In this document: in pieces, positions 38,146-48,100 of the stretch
Layout: every line of letters begins with the position of its first letter
Numbering within the stretch: the first letter of the stretch is position 1
NCBI GenBank assembly: GCA_027345405.1
Contig: DAHWID010000001.1
Location: 3,897 to 67,896, forward strand
DNA from: Candidatus Saccharimonadota bacterium
Lineage (GTDB): Bacteria; Patescibacteriota; Saccharimonadia; Saccharimonadales; UBA4665
Direction: 5' to 3'
Length of the DNA: 64,000 nt
Notes under the pieces: generated by a model
What the model was told of the DNA's origin: nothing
Databases searched by the model: none
The model's input: the letters and a program-made list of their open reading frames with translations, nothing else
Program-made: the position numbers and the translations under genes

Positions 38146-39321
38146 ATGAAACTGCTTAAGCCTCACCGATTTAATAGTTTGCGGCCTGGTTTAGCGGCGA
38201 TAGGCTTGAGTTTATTGATATTGGGCTTTGCTTCGGCACCGGCAGCTCAGGCTGTCAATTATCAGGCGGAAATCAATGCGTTAAATAATGCCAACTCTAG
38301 CGCTGAATCATCAATTAATGACTTGCAGGTGCAGGCGGGAAGCTACCAACAGGCTATTAGTAGATACCAGGCGGAAATCAATGTGATTCAAAACAGCATT
38401 AATGTTAATCAAGCCAAACTAGTGGCAGATCAGCAGGCAATTGCTGCCGATAATGCCAAAATTGCGCTCAATAAAAGCTATCTCGGCAATGATTTAAAAA
38501 CAATGTATGTCCAGGGTTCAATGTCGACGATTGAAGAATTGGCTACCAGTCAAAATCTGAGTACTTTCGTCAATAAGCAGGAGGACAATATTAAGCTGCA
38601 GGATAGTTTGAGCAGCCTATTAACTACCATCAAGAACCTGCAGCAGCAAACCAGGGCTAACCAGAACCAAATCACTGTACTCATGAATCTGGAGCGCGTA
38701 CAAGAAAATCAGGTGGTGGCTGATCAAAATCAAGTTAATCAGCTACTGGCTATGAATCAACAGCAGCAGGCAACCTATAATGCGCAAATATCTGCGAATA
38801 ACAGTCAGATTGCGACATTGGTAGAAGAACAAATTGCCGCAAATAAAAGATTAGTTGGTAGCGGCACGGTGGATTACGTCGGAACTTGTGGCGGTACATA
38901 TCCGGCGTCTGCGCAAGGGCCGTATGGGCCCTGGGGCTGTAACTATCCGCATTCGAGCGACTTTCAGCCCGGCTGCTCGTATATCGACAACTGGGGAATG
39001 TGTAACAGAGAATGTGTTAGTTATACTGCCTGGATGGTATACAGCAATTATGGCATTGATGTGAGTGGGTTTGGCAATGCCAATCAGTGGCCCGCCAACG
39101 CTCAAGCCGTTGGTATACCTATCGGCACGACACCAAAAGTTGGTTCAGTAGCTATCTATATGGGGGGTTATGGCGATCCCTACGGACACGCGATGTGGGT
39201 CAAGAGCATCAATAGCAACGGTACTATCACGGTTGATCAGTATAACCTTTACTATGATGGTAATTTTTACGAGACAACTATTAGTCCAGCAGGATTAATC
39301 TATATTTACTTTGGTGGCTAA
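38146..39321 (+). CDS. secreted coiled-coil + CHAP-domain peptidoglycan hydrolase (PcsB-like architecture)
   Basis: It has a signal/TM segment (LAAIGLSLLILGFASAPAAQA) and a Q/N-rich heptad-like region of about 200 aa. The C-terminal CHAP has Cys (NRECVSYTAW) and His (GHAMWV). The ORF also opens at an upstream TTG at 38095. Confidence 0.8.
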   Translation: MKLLKPHRFNSLRPGLAAIGLSLLILGFASAPAAQAVNYQAEINALNNANSSAESSINDLQVQAGSYQQAISRYQAEINVIQNSINVNQAKLVADQQAIAADNAKIALNKSYLGNDLKTMYVQGSMSTIEELATSQNLSTFVNKQEDNIKLQDSLSSLLTTIKNLQQQTRANQNQITVLMNLERVQENQVVADQNQVNQLLAMNQQQQATYNAQISANNSQIATLVEEQIAANKRLVGSGTVDYVGTCGGTYPASAQGPYGPWGCNYPHSSDFQPGCSYIDNWGMCNRECVSYTAWMVYSNYGIDVSGFGNANQWPANAQAVGIPIGTTPKVGSVAIYMGGYGDPYGHAMWVKSINSNGTITVDQYNLYYDGNFYETTISPAGLIYIYFGG

Positions 39322-39400
39322 TATACAAAAAGGCAGGCTTAGCCTACAATAGTCTTAAGTTTATTTAAGTGCGACTAACACACAGGGGGATATAGTTATA

Positions 39401-40588
39401 GTGGTGTTTAAGGTGACAAAAAAAGCAAAGAATATCGGGTTCGCAGCGATCGGGCTGGTTTTGCTGGTAGGTGTGTATATTATTGGAGTTAACGTCGGCA
39501 ACGGCAATTTGGCAATCGGCGGGTCAAGTTTAAACTCGGGTTTACCTAATACACTCAATTATGCCAGCGTCAATCAAGAGTATCAGGCTTTAATTGATAA
39601 TTATGACGGTAAATTAACCACTACCCAGCTGCTAAACGGCATTAAACACGGCTTAGCGGCCGCTGTTAATGATCCCTATACCGAGTATTTTACGGCTTCT
39701 GAGGTAAAGCAGTTTAATAATGAACTCAATAACTCGTTTAGCGGGATAGGCGCTGAACTCACCCAAAACGCCCAAAAGCAAATAATGGTGATGGCACCGA
39801 TCAAAGGTTTTCCGGCAGCAAGCGCCGGTTTAAAAGCTAATGACATCATACTTGATATAAACGGTCAGTCGACTCAGAGCATGAGTGTGACACAAGCAGC
39901 GGATTTGATTCGGGGCAAAGCTGGTACTAATGTTACACTGACAGTTTCCTATGCCGGCAAGCAGCAGAATATTACAATTAAGCGGGCGAACATTACAGTT
40001 CCAAGCGTAAGCTACAAGTTTTTAAGCGGTAACCTCGGATACATTTCAATTATTACCTTTGCTAATGATACCGCCGGCTTGATTCAACAAGCGGCTCAGG
40101 CGATGGTAAGCCACCATGTTAAGGGCATAATCCTTGATTTAAGAGATAATCCGGGTGGATTAGTTAGCGCAGCAGTGGCAACAACTAGCGAGTGGCTTAA
40201 ACCGGGACAGGAGATAATGCAGGAACGTCGTGGAAACGTGGTTCTGCAAACCTATACGGCTACAGGCGGCGATATATTGCACGGTATACCGACTGTGGTA
40301 TTAGTTAATGGAGGATCGGCATCAGCCAGCGAAATTACGGCCGGAGCGCTGCATGACAACCACGACGCCTATCTAATTGGCACCAAAACTTTTGGTAAGG
40401 GTGTTGTACAGCAGCTAATCGGACTTAGTGGTGGGGCTGAACTTAAAGTGACAGTTGCGGCTTGGTACCGACCCGATGGTCAAGATATCGAGCATATCGG
40501 CATAACCCCTGATGAAGTGGTTAAACTGGCCAACAATGGTACTGACAATCAATTGGCGGCGGCTGAAGCTTATCTAGCCAATAAGTAA
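39401..40588 (+). CDS. ctp: S41 carboxy-terminal processing protease
   Basis: 395 aa. It has a TM anchor, a PDZ domain (GLKANDIILDINGQS), DLRDNPGG, GGSASASEI and KTFGKG. Confidence 0.9.
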   Translation: MVFKVTKKAKNIGFAAIGLVLLVGVYIIGVNVGNGNLAIGGSSLNSGLPNTLNYASVNQEYQALIDNYDGKLTTTQLLNGIKHGLAAAVNDPYTEYFTASEVKQFNNELNNSFSGIGAELTQNAQKQIMVMAPIKGFPAASAGLKANDIILDINGQSTQSMSVTQAADLIRGKAGTNVTLTVSYAGKQQNITIKRANITVPSVSYKFLSGNLGYISIITFANDTAGLIQQAAQAMVSHHVKGIILDLRDNPGGLVSAAVATTSEWLKPGQEIMQERRGNVVLQTYTATGGDILHGIPTVVLVNGGSASASEITAGALHDNHDAYLIGTKTFGKGVVQQLIGLSGGAELKVTVAAWYRPDGQDIEHIGITPDEVVKLANNGTDNQLAAAEAYLANK

Positions 40589-40792
40589 AGCTTTAAAAGC
40601 GTTCTTTTAGTAATCTTTTGAGTTTTCTTGTGTGCATAGATTGAATTTATAAAATTTAGAGGCTTTGCAACATTATTTTTAAGCTGCTTGTATGCAAAGT
40701 TTATGGAAATTCTTAGCATAAATTATGCAAAATAGTTGAGGTTCGGGTTATTACTGTGTTACCATTCGAAGGATTAAAGAGGTAGCTCTCTG

Positions 40793-42409
40793 GTGGCTCG
40801 CAGCCAAACCAAGTACATATTCGTTACTGGTGGAGTACTTTCCGGACTAGGAAAGGGTATAACGGCCGCCTCAATTGGCAACCTTTTAAGCGCTCGTGGT
40901 TTAAGCGTGAATCTACAAAAGTGCGATCCTTATCTGAATGTTGATGCCGGTCTGCTTAACCCCAGGGAACATGGCGAAGTATTTGTAACAAAAGACGGTG
41001 CTGAAACTGACCTGGATTTAGGGCACTACGAACGCTTTACTGGCGCTGAAATGACCAGGGAAAGCAGTCTAATGGCCGGAAGAGTGCTGGCTGATGTTAT
41101 TGCCAATGAACGTGCCGGAAAATACCACGGTGATGATGTCCAGATCATTCCTCATCTAACTGCTGCTATCCAGTCGTACATAGCTAGTGCTGGTAGCGGC
41201 TACGATGTGCACATAGTTGAAATCGGTGGAACGGTCGGGGATTATGAGTCCCTAAGTTTTATAGAGGCCATACGTGAATTTTCGCTGCGCGGTGGCCAAC
41301 AAAACTGTCTGTACGTTCACGTAGTTTATTTACCATTTCTCAGTGCCTCTCAAGAAACCAAAACTAAACCGGCCCAAAACTCAATTCGGGAATTGAGGGG
41401 TCTCGGTGTTACACCGGATATCTTAGTCGGCCGGAGTGAGTATCCAGCCAACAATGGAGTCAAACGAAAACTGAGTCTTTATTCAGGTATTGATGAAGAC
41501 TCCATCGTATTGCTACCCAATGCTAAAAGCATCTATGAAGTTCCTTTGACGCTCGAGGATAGTGGCATTGCACGCGTAATTACTAAAAAATTATCGATTG
41601 TTCCAGCCAAGCAGGCGCAATTAAAACCGTGGCGAAACATGGTAAAACGAGCTGAGAAAGTATATGAGCGGACAGTAACGGTTGGGTTAGTCGGGAAATA
41701 CCTTGATAATAGCGACACCTATATGTCGGTCGTTGAAGCGATTAGTTCAGCTGCGTGGTGGAATGACTGTAATGTCAATATTCGCTGGATAGATGCGGTT
41801 AAACTGGCTAAAGATGGTAATTCTGATAGCCAGCTCGATAAATGCGACGCCTTAATTGTTCCGGGTGGATTTGGCAGTCGTGGCGTAGAAGGTAAGATCA
41901 TTGCTGCAAGCTATGCCTTAAAAACCGGTATGCCATATCTGGGTTTGTGCTATGGCTTGCATATGGCCGTGATAGCAGCTGCCCGTAGCGGCGGCCTAGA
42001 CAAGGCCAATACGACAGAAGTTGATCCGGACACGCCGGATCCGGTTATTGATACAATGAATGATCAGCGAGGGAAAGAGAACACCGGAGGCACCATGCGT
42101 CTTGGCAATTATGACTGTGAGCTAATCAGAGGCAGTTTGGCTGCTAAAGTATATGGCAAATTAAAAATTACAGAAAGACATCGCCATCGTTGGGAGTGTA
42201 ATCTTAAATATGTGCCACAATACGAATCTTGGGGTATCAGGGCGGTTGGGTTTAACCCGACTAGTGGTCTAGTAGAAGTTATCGAAGGCACCAATCATCC
42301 CTATTTTATTGCCAGTCAATTTCATCCAGAATTCAAATCAAGACCGACTAATCCACACCCACTTTTCGATGGATTAATCAAAGCCACCTTGCAAAAAACC
42401 GGCAGATAA
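40793..42409 (+). CDS. pyrG: CTP synthase
   Basis: 538 aa with a GTG start. It has YIFVTGGVLSGLGKG and the GATase domain (GLCYGLHM, HPEF). Confidence 0.97.
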   Translation: MARSQTKYIFVTGGVLSGLGKGITAASIGNLLSARGLSVNLQKCDPYLNVDAGLLNPREHGEVFVTKDGAETDLDLGHYERFTGAEMTRESSLMAGRVLADVIANERAGKYHGDDVQIIPHLTAAIQSYIASAGSGYDVHIVEIGGTVGDYESLSFIEAIREFSLRGGQQNCLYVHVVYLPFLSASQETKTKPAQNSIRELRGLGVTPDILVGRSEYPANNGVKRKLSLYSGIDEDSIVLLPNAKSIYEVPLTLEDSGIARVITKKLSIVPAKQAQLKPWRNMVKRAEKVYERTVTVGLVGKYLDNSDTYMSVVEAISSAAWWNDCNVNIRWIDAVKLAKDGNSDSQLDKCDALIVPGGFGSRGVEGKIIAASYALKTGMPYLGLCYGLHMAVIAAARSGGLDKANTTEVDPDTPDPVIDTMNDQRGKENTGGTMRLGNYDCELIRGSLAAKVYGKLKITERHRHRWECNLKYVPQYESWGIRAVGFNPTSGLVEVIEGTNHPYFIASQFHPEFKSRPTNPHPLFDGLIKATLQKTGR

Positions 42410-42424
42410 GATAACTTAAGCTTT

Positions 42425-42820
42425 ATGGACGAACCCAAAAATGACTCCCACAAAAGAATATTATTAGTTGAAGATGATGATGGCTTAGCTAATGTCTACG
42501 TAACCCGTTTACAAGCCGAAGGTTTTGATGTACGTCGGGTGGCTGACGGCGAGGATGCCTTAGCTTCAGCTCTAAGTTATCATCCTGATCTAGTTCTACT
42601 AGATGTAATGATGCCTAAAGTCAGTGGTTTTGATGTGTTAGATATACTGCGCAATACGCCCGAAACCGCTAATTTAAAAGTGATTATGCTGACGGCATTA
42701 AGCCAGGATAGTGACAAGCAGCGGGCGGAGAGCTTAGGCGTTGACGATTACCTGGTGAAATCGCAGGTCGTGATTGCTGACGTGATTGATCGTATCCGTC
42801 ATCAATTGGGTATCAGTTAA
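42425..42820 (+). CDS. stand-alone response-regulator receiver domain (canonical acidic pocket)
   Basis: 131 aa with LLVEDDD, the DLVLLDVMMP phospho-acceptor context, MLTA and DYLVKS. There is no output domain. Confidence 0.85.
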   Translation: MDEPKNDSHKRILLVEDDDGLANVYVTRLQAEGFDVRRVADGEDALASALSYHPDLVLLDVMMPKVSGFDVLDILRNTPETANLKVIMLTALSQDSDKQRAESLGVDDYLVKSQVVIADVIDRIRHQLGIS

Positions 42821-43085
42821 CACTGACTTCAGTTCGCCGAACTGACTTACCGGAAAATAAGCGTACTTTCCGTGTTTTGAAGCTGACTACACCATCTTTA
42901 GCGGCATGAATTGTATAATTACGGCTCATTTTAGTGCCTGGTCCCGGTCGTTTGGTCATACCTACCTGCCGGACGATAACTTGACCGACTTTAACTTTCT
43001 GGCCGCCGTATAATTTAACTCCCAGTCTTTGACCGGGTGAGTCGTGAACATTCTTAGCGGTACCACCTGCTTTGACATGTGACAT
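42813..43085 (-). CDS. rpmA: 50S ribosomal protein L27
   Basis: 90 aa. The N-terminus SHVKAGGTAKNVHDSPGQRLGVK is typical of L27. Confidence 0.95.
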   Translation of the reverse strand: MSHVKAGGTAKNVHDSPGQRLGVKLYGGQKVKVGQVIVRQVGMTKRPGPGTKMSRNYTIHAAKDGVVSFKTRKVRLFSGKSVRRTEVSVN

Positions 43086-43099
43086 AGGTTGCTTCCTCT

Positions 43100-44365
43100 T
43101 TAGGCTTTGCTTAAAACTAACAGCGCACGGGCTACTACCTGGTTGGGACGATAGTAAATTAGTTGTTCATCCCGAACGTGTTGAAAACTCACCCGATTAT
43201 ACCCGTCGTAAGAGTTGTGGTCAAGCAAGGGGAGGTTTATGGTATGTCCACCCGCGATTCGCCAGGCAGGTATAGCCAATGCGATACGAGTGTCAATCTT
43301 GATCTGTTTGGCTAAGTTATTGAGTGTTTTTGTGATTGTCTGTTGGGCTTTAGCCACCGCCGTTTCAATCTCTTGGGGCGAGGGGGTCCTGGCAAAAGGT
43401 TTGCCGAGATCGGCTTCGCTTGCAACAATCAATTTTTTGTAAGGATCAAGTGGCCATTGATCCTTGGTAGCATCACGCTGCATGAGTGTGATAGCTACAT
43501 TGCTAGCAAGTGGGCTCCGTGGCATTTCACGCAGCCATTTTAGGTTCGTTTGAGCAAAGTCAATCATACGTGAGTTTAGGTCGGATCCCAAACAGTTATA
43601 GCCCATAATTGCGGCTTCCTGAAGAATCACACCGCTGCCGCAAAATGGGTCAAGTAACAGGGAATTGGCAAAATAAGTCTTTAATTCGGGTTTTTGTGAG
43701 CACGCGTCATAGTCCGTTTGTATGCAATTATTTGGTAATGGCCCGGCGGCTAGATTGATGATCACCTGAGCCAGCTTAGGGGGCAGAGTGCCCACTTTAA
43801 GGTCACGCGCCGGACGTTTACGGTCACGACGTGTATATGCGGCAATATCTTGTACTTTTATGGTTTGGGCAACAATGGTTTTTGAGTTATCTTTCACGAT
43901 TAATAATTCCCAGCCATTTGTACCTGTTAATTGGTTATGGATAACTTGAGCGGTGCTTAGAGCGGGGTCATTGTTGGGAGCAACTCTAACGCTGCGGTTA
44001 GTTGCTCTAACCGCCTGTTTTATATTGAACCCTAACTTCTGTACTTCTCTAGGGGCACGTTCAAAGCCGTAAACGCTGATGCCAAGTTTCATTTTTCCTG
44101 GTGGCATCTGGCGGCTATGTTCTGGTGCGTTATGTATAAGAAAGCTTCCGATCTCTTCCCAGTTAGTAGTATTTAATTCTGTTAAAACTTTCGCAAACTT
44201 AACCGCTCCGCCTAGACGGTCAAAGGCCAATAAACAGGGGTCAACGTTAACAATAGCGGCTATCTGTCCGATTGGTCGCAGTTTATCAGCGCCATACAAA
44301 CTTTCCAGCTCCGCAAGGGATAGTGCTGGTTGCCGACCTAAGACTAAAAGGCTTTGCATGCTCAT
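43100..44365 (-). CDS. SAM-dependent methyltransferase, Trm11/UPF0020-like
   Basis: 421 aa with LPPKLAQVIINLA followed by LLDPFCGSGVILQEAAIMGY (motif I). I could not find a DPPY/NPPY motif IV; the equivalent position by eye reads ASEADLG. Confidence 0.5.
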   Translation of the reverse strand: MSMQSLLVLGRQPALSLAELESLYGADKLRPIGQIAAIVNVDPCLLAFDRLGGAVKFAKVLTELNTTNWEEIGSFLIHNAPEHSRQMPPGKMKLGISVYGFERAPREVQKLGFNIKQAVRATNRSVRVAPNNDPALSTAQVIHNQLTGTNGWELLIVKDNSKTIVAQTIKVQDIAAYTRRDRKRPARDLKVGTLPPKLAQVIINLAAGPLPNNCIQTDYDACSQKPELKTYFANSLLLDPFCGSGVILQEAAIMGYNCLGSDLNSRMIDFAQTNLKWLREMPRSPLASNVAITLMQRDATKDQWPLDPYKKLIVASEADLGKPFARTPSPQEIETAVAKAQQTITKTLNNLAKQIKIDTRIALAIPAWRIAGGHTINLPLLDHNSYDGYNRVSFQHVRDEQLIYYRPNQVVARALLVLSKA

Positions 44366-44419
44366 ATATTACAGTGCATTGGCTAGGATCTGCACCTGAA
44401 GCTTAAATTTACAGGTATA

Positions 44420-45493
44420 ATGATTGGGATTATGAGCAAGCTTACGACCTTCGTCATTAAGCGATGGAAGCTGTTACTGAATATTACGACGGTTATTGCG
44501 CTGCTTATAACACTATATTTTATCCGTGATGATTTAGTGACTACCTTTAAAAACTTATTCCATGTCAACGGTCTTGCTTTGTTGTTTATGATACCGTTTG
44601 AGGCTTTGAACTACCATGCCCAGACTAAGCTTTACCAGAAGTTGTTTGGGATTGTAGAAAATAAAATTGAGTATAGTACCTTACTTAAAACTACCCTTGA
44701 GCTAAATTTCGTCAACCATGTCTTTCCAAGTGGTGGCGCAGCCGGGATCTCCTATTTCGGCTTTAGGCTGAGAGGTACTAATATTACCGGAGCTAAGGCG
44801 ACAATGGTGCAGTTTATTAAATTACTGCTTACGGTTTTTTCATTTGAAGCGTTAATTCTTTTAGGTGTCATTTTTCTGGCGATCGGTGGCAAGGTCAATA
44901 ATTTTACGATCCTGGTCTCCGGTGTTTTAGCAACTTTGCTGCTGGTTGGGTCGGCACTTTTTATTTACATTATTGGTAATCGACAGCGAATTAATTCCTT
45001 TTTGGAATACTTCACCGTTTTATTAAATAGGCTGTTGCAGGTAGTTCGGCCTGGGAAAGATGCGATTAATATAAAAAAGGCGCGCGGTGTGTTTGACGAT
45101 TTTCATGATACGTTTCTGCAAATGCGCCAAAATAAACAACGCATGCGGGCACCATTTATTTATGCACTCGTGATGAATTTAACCGAAGTCGCGGTTGTCT
45201 ATACAGTATTCGTAGCTTTCGGTCATTTTGTTAATCCGGGGGCGGTTATTTTAGCTTATGGCATTGCCAATATTGCCGGTTTCATTTCCGTATTGCCCGG
45301 CGGGGTCGGGATTTACGAGGCGTTAATGATCGCCGTCTTGTTGACTGCCGGAATTTCACCAAAACTTAGCCTCCCGGTCATTATTATGTACAGGGTGTTG
45401 AATAGTATTTTGCAGCTGCCTGCTGGCTATTATTTATACCAAAGGGAGATTAGTAAACACGGACGACCGCCTAAACCGGCGGAGATTCTATGA
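44420..45493 (+). CDS. polytopic membrane protein, LPG-synthase-TM/UPF0104 (flippase-like) family
   Basis: 357 aa with about 8 TM segments. The motif LPGGVGIYEA is typical of that family, from memory. Confidence 0.6.
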   Translation: MIGIMSKLTTFVIKRWKLLLNITTVIALLITLYFIRDDLVTTFKNLFHVNGLALLFMIPFEALNYHAQTKLYQKLFGIVENKIEYSTLLKTTLELNFVNHVFPSGGAAGISYFGFRLRGTNITGAKATMVQFIKLLLTVFSFEALILLGVIFLAIGGKVNNFTILVSGVLATLLLVGSALFIYIIGNRQRINSFLEYFTVLLNRLLQVVRPGKDAINIKKARGVFDDFHDTFLQMRQNKQRMRAPFIYALVMNLTEVAVVYTVFVAFGHFVNPGAVILAYGIANIAGFISVLPGGVGIYEALMIAVLLTAGISPKLSLPVIIMYRVLNSILQLPAGYYLYQREISKHGRPPKPAEIL

Positions 45494-46638
45494 ATACAAA
45501 TGTCGAACTATCGGTCAGTGAATTTGTAGCGGTTTTTAATCAGACGGTTGAATATGCCTTTAGTGGTATTTCAATTCGTGGTGAATTGGCTAATTTTAGA
45601 ATATCTAAACAGCAATGGGTGTATTTTGACTTGAAAGATGAAGCTGCGAGCGTGAGCTGCTTTGGCTCAGTATATCAGCTACCAGGGCCGCTTGAAGAAG
45701 GTATGTTACTGCGCGTTAAAGGTCTACCTAGGTTGCACCAACGATATGGTTTTAGCTTTAATTTCAGCTCTATCATGCCGGTCGGCGCCGGCTCGATTAA
45801 GCGAGCCAGTGAGCTCTTAGCTGCCAAACTTGAAGCCGAGGGCTTATTTGCCCCAGAGCGTAAACGCCTGCTGCCATATCCGCCTAAAGTAATCGGTCTA
45901 ATTACTGCTTCACCGTCAGCTGCTTTAGCTGATTTTTTACAGATACTGAAAAATCGTTGGGCTGGGCTAAGGATCGATCTTTATCCGGTTAACGTACAGG
46001 GCGAAACCGCAACTGATGAAATAAGTCGGGCACTGGAATTTTTTTCGGCACAATCCGATCTGCCGGACGTTGTGGTAGTTATCCGCGGTGGTGGCAGCCC
46101 TGAAGATTTGGCTGCTTTTAATAGCGAAGTTGTGACCAGGGCGGTGGCTTCCAGTCGGGTTCCGACACTGGTTGCGATTGGTCATGAAAGTGATACAAGT
46201 CTGGCTGAGCTGGCAGCTGATCGTCGTGCTTCAACCCCGTCAAATGCCGCTGAAATACTCGTACCCGATAAACAGATGGTGCAGCTTAAGCTAAAAAACA
46301 TGATGATCGAGTTCCAGGTTGCCATTGAGCGGAAGATTAAACAGGCAGCTAGTCAACTTGAACGCCAGCGCGAATATACTAGGAATGTCTTGTCAGGCCG
46401 TTTGCAGCACGAACGTCGACAACTAAAACAATTATCCATCCTCCTTAATGCTTTAGATCCTCAGACACTTTTAGGCCGGGGTTATGCAATTATTCGTTCA
46501 AACGGACAAGTAAGTGACGGTTCGGATCTAGGTCCTGGTAGTATAGTAGCTATTGAATTATCTCGGGCTGCTTTTGAAGCAACCATTATTAAGCAACTGG
46601 AGGTGAGTAGAAATGTCCCCAAGCAACCAACAACTTGA
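45490..46638 (+). CDS. xseA: exodeoxyribonuclease VII large subunit
   Basis: 382 aa with an OB-fold N-terminus (VSEF..FN.. RGELANF), RGGGS.EDL and GHE.D. Its start overlaps the preceding gene by 4 nt. Confidence 0.9.
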   Translation: MNTNVELSVSEFVAVFNQTVEYAFSGISIRGELANFRISKQQWVYFDLKDEAASVSCFGSVYQLPGPLEEGMLLRVKGLPRLHQRYGFSFNFSSIMPVGAGSIKRASELLAAKLEAEGLFAPERKRLLPYPPKVIGLITASPSAALADFLQILKNRWAGLRIDLYPVNVQGETATDEISRALEFFSAQSDLPDVVVVIRGGGSPEDLAAFNSEVVTRAVASSRVPTLVAIGHESDTSLAELAADRRASTPSNAAEILVPDKQMVQLKLKNMMIEFQVAIERKIKQAASQLERQREYTRNVLSGRLQHERRQLKQLSILLNALDPQTLLGRGYAIIRSNGQVSDGSDLGPGSIVAIELSRAAFEATIIKQLEVSRNVPKQPTT

Positions 46639-46819
46639 TTATGAACAATTAAGCCTCCGGTTGGATGAGATTGTGAACCGGCTACAAGATGTAAACACAT
46701 CTATCTCAGACTCACTTAAGTTATATACTGAGGCCACCCAAATTATTAAACAGATGGAGATGTATTTGCAGACGGCCGAAAACCAGTTGAATAAACTAAA
46801 ACCAACAAAGGCTAAGTAG
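46613..46819 (+). CDS. xseB: exodeoxyribonuclease VII small subunit
   Basis: 68 aa. It is a helical protein with the XseB-like LDEIV..L......L..SL.LY.E pattern. It overlaps the xseA 3' end. Confidence 0.8.
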   Translation: MSPSNQQLDYEQLSLRLDEIVNRLQDVNTSISDSLKLYTEATQIIKQMEMYLQTAENQLNKLKPTKAK

Positions 46820-47316
46820 TGTGGCGGCAGGTTATTTTATTGTTAGCTTTACTTCTATCATTGATGTTTGGCTATGTTTTACTTTTCGGAGCACCTTATT
46901 TACCAACTACCAAAGTGCAAATTGATGCCGCACTCAAGTTAGCTGGCTTACCAAAGGGTAGCACTATTATTGATTTAGGCTGCGGCGACGGTCGAATCTT
47001 AATCGCGGCGGCTGAATCAGGTTATATGGCGGTCGGCTATGAACTGAACCCACTGTTATTTGTGATATGTTGGTTGCGAACCAGGCGTTTGAAGTCAAAG
47101 ATTAAGATAATCTTTGGTGACTTTTGGCATGCTCAGTGGCCCCCGGCTGATGCCATATATGTTTTTTTGCTTGGTCGGTTGATGGATAAGCTTGAGCGTA
47201 AAATCCGCGCTGAAGGCTTGAGCCAGATTAAAATCGTCAGTTTTGCGTTTAAGTTTAAAGACCTAAAGCCGCTAGCGAGCGACCATGGCGTGTATTTATA
47301 TAAACTAAAAGGTTAG
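46819..47316 (+). CDS. small class I SAM-dependent methyltransferase with N-terminal TM segment
   Basis: 165 aa with a GTG start and IIDLGCGDGRILIAAA (motif I). Confidence 0.7.
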   Translation: MWRQVILLLALLLSLMFGYVLLFGAPYLPTTKVQIDAALKLAGLPKGSTIIDLGCGDGRILIAAAESGYMAVGYELNPLLFVICWLRTRRLKSKIKIIFGDFWHAQWPPADAIYVFLLGRLMDKLERKIRAEGLSQIKIVSFAFKFKDLKPLASDHGVYLYKLKG

Positions 47317-47366
47317 AGTACAAGCTGTTGCAAAACTTAGCCAGGCTGGGTTACCATAAGCACTAG

Positions 47367-48026
47367 ATGCAAAAACTTACAACTAGTGGTAGTATTAGCG
47401 CGCTTTTAATGGCGTTTATTGGCGTGTGTGTAGTGTTAATAGTGTCGCTAGTCTTCGGCTTTAGCTACTATTCAAAAGCCAACAAGTACAAGAATGATGC
47501 CGATACTTTAGTTGCCCAAGCCGTGGCAGCTGCAGAGGCTAAGCAGGCCACTCAACTTGAAAATCAGTTTAAGGTTGAGAGCGAAAATCCATTCACCAGT
47601 TACACGGGACCATCACAGTACGGTAGTGTTTATGTGCCATATCCTAAAAATTGGAGCGGTTACATTAATACTTCTGGCTCCAATCCTCTTGATGCGTATT
47701 TTAATCCAGGCGTGGTTCCATCGGTTGGTGGTTCGGGTAGTGTATATGCATTAAGAGTGCAAATCAATGCCAATCCTTATAGTCAACAGTTGCAGCAGTA
47801 TACGTCGCAGCAGCAAAGTTCAAAACTCTCGATCACTCCATTTCAGCTGAAAAAGGTACCCCAAGTAACTGGAGTCTTGATTCAAGGGCAAATTGAACCC
47901 AACAAAACTGGAGACATGGTTATGTTACCGGATCGTACGAACACGCTAGAGCTATGGACTGAATCAACCAGCTATAATAGCATATTCTTAAATCAGATAT
48001 TGCCTAGTGTAACTTTCTCTCCTTAA
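47367..48026 (+). CDS. N-terminally membrane-anchored extracytoplasmic protein, unknown function
   Basis: 219 aa with one TM segment (ALLMAFIGVCVVLIVSLVFGF) followed by a Q/S/Y-rich domain. Confidence 0.5.
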   Translation: MQKLTTSGSISALLMAFIGVCVVLIVSLVFGFSYYSKANKYKNDADTLVAQAVAAAEAKQATQLENQFKVESENPFTSYTGPSQYGSVYVPYPKNWSGYINTSGSNPLDAYFNPGVVPSVGGSGSVYALRVQINANPYSQQLQQYTSQQQSSKLSITPFQLKKVPQVTGVLIQGQIEPNKTGDMVMLPDRTNTLELWTESTSYNSIFLNQILPSVTFSP

Positions 48027-48100
48027 GCTCTTTGCTATTTTAGGGCGCCCTCGGCAGTAGTATAATTTGATCAAAAGCTTGAGGGAACGTGGGGCAATAA

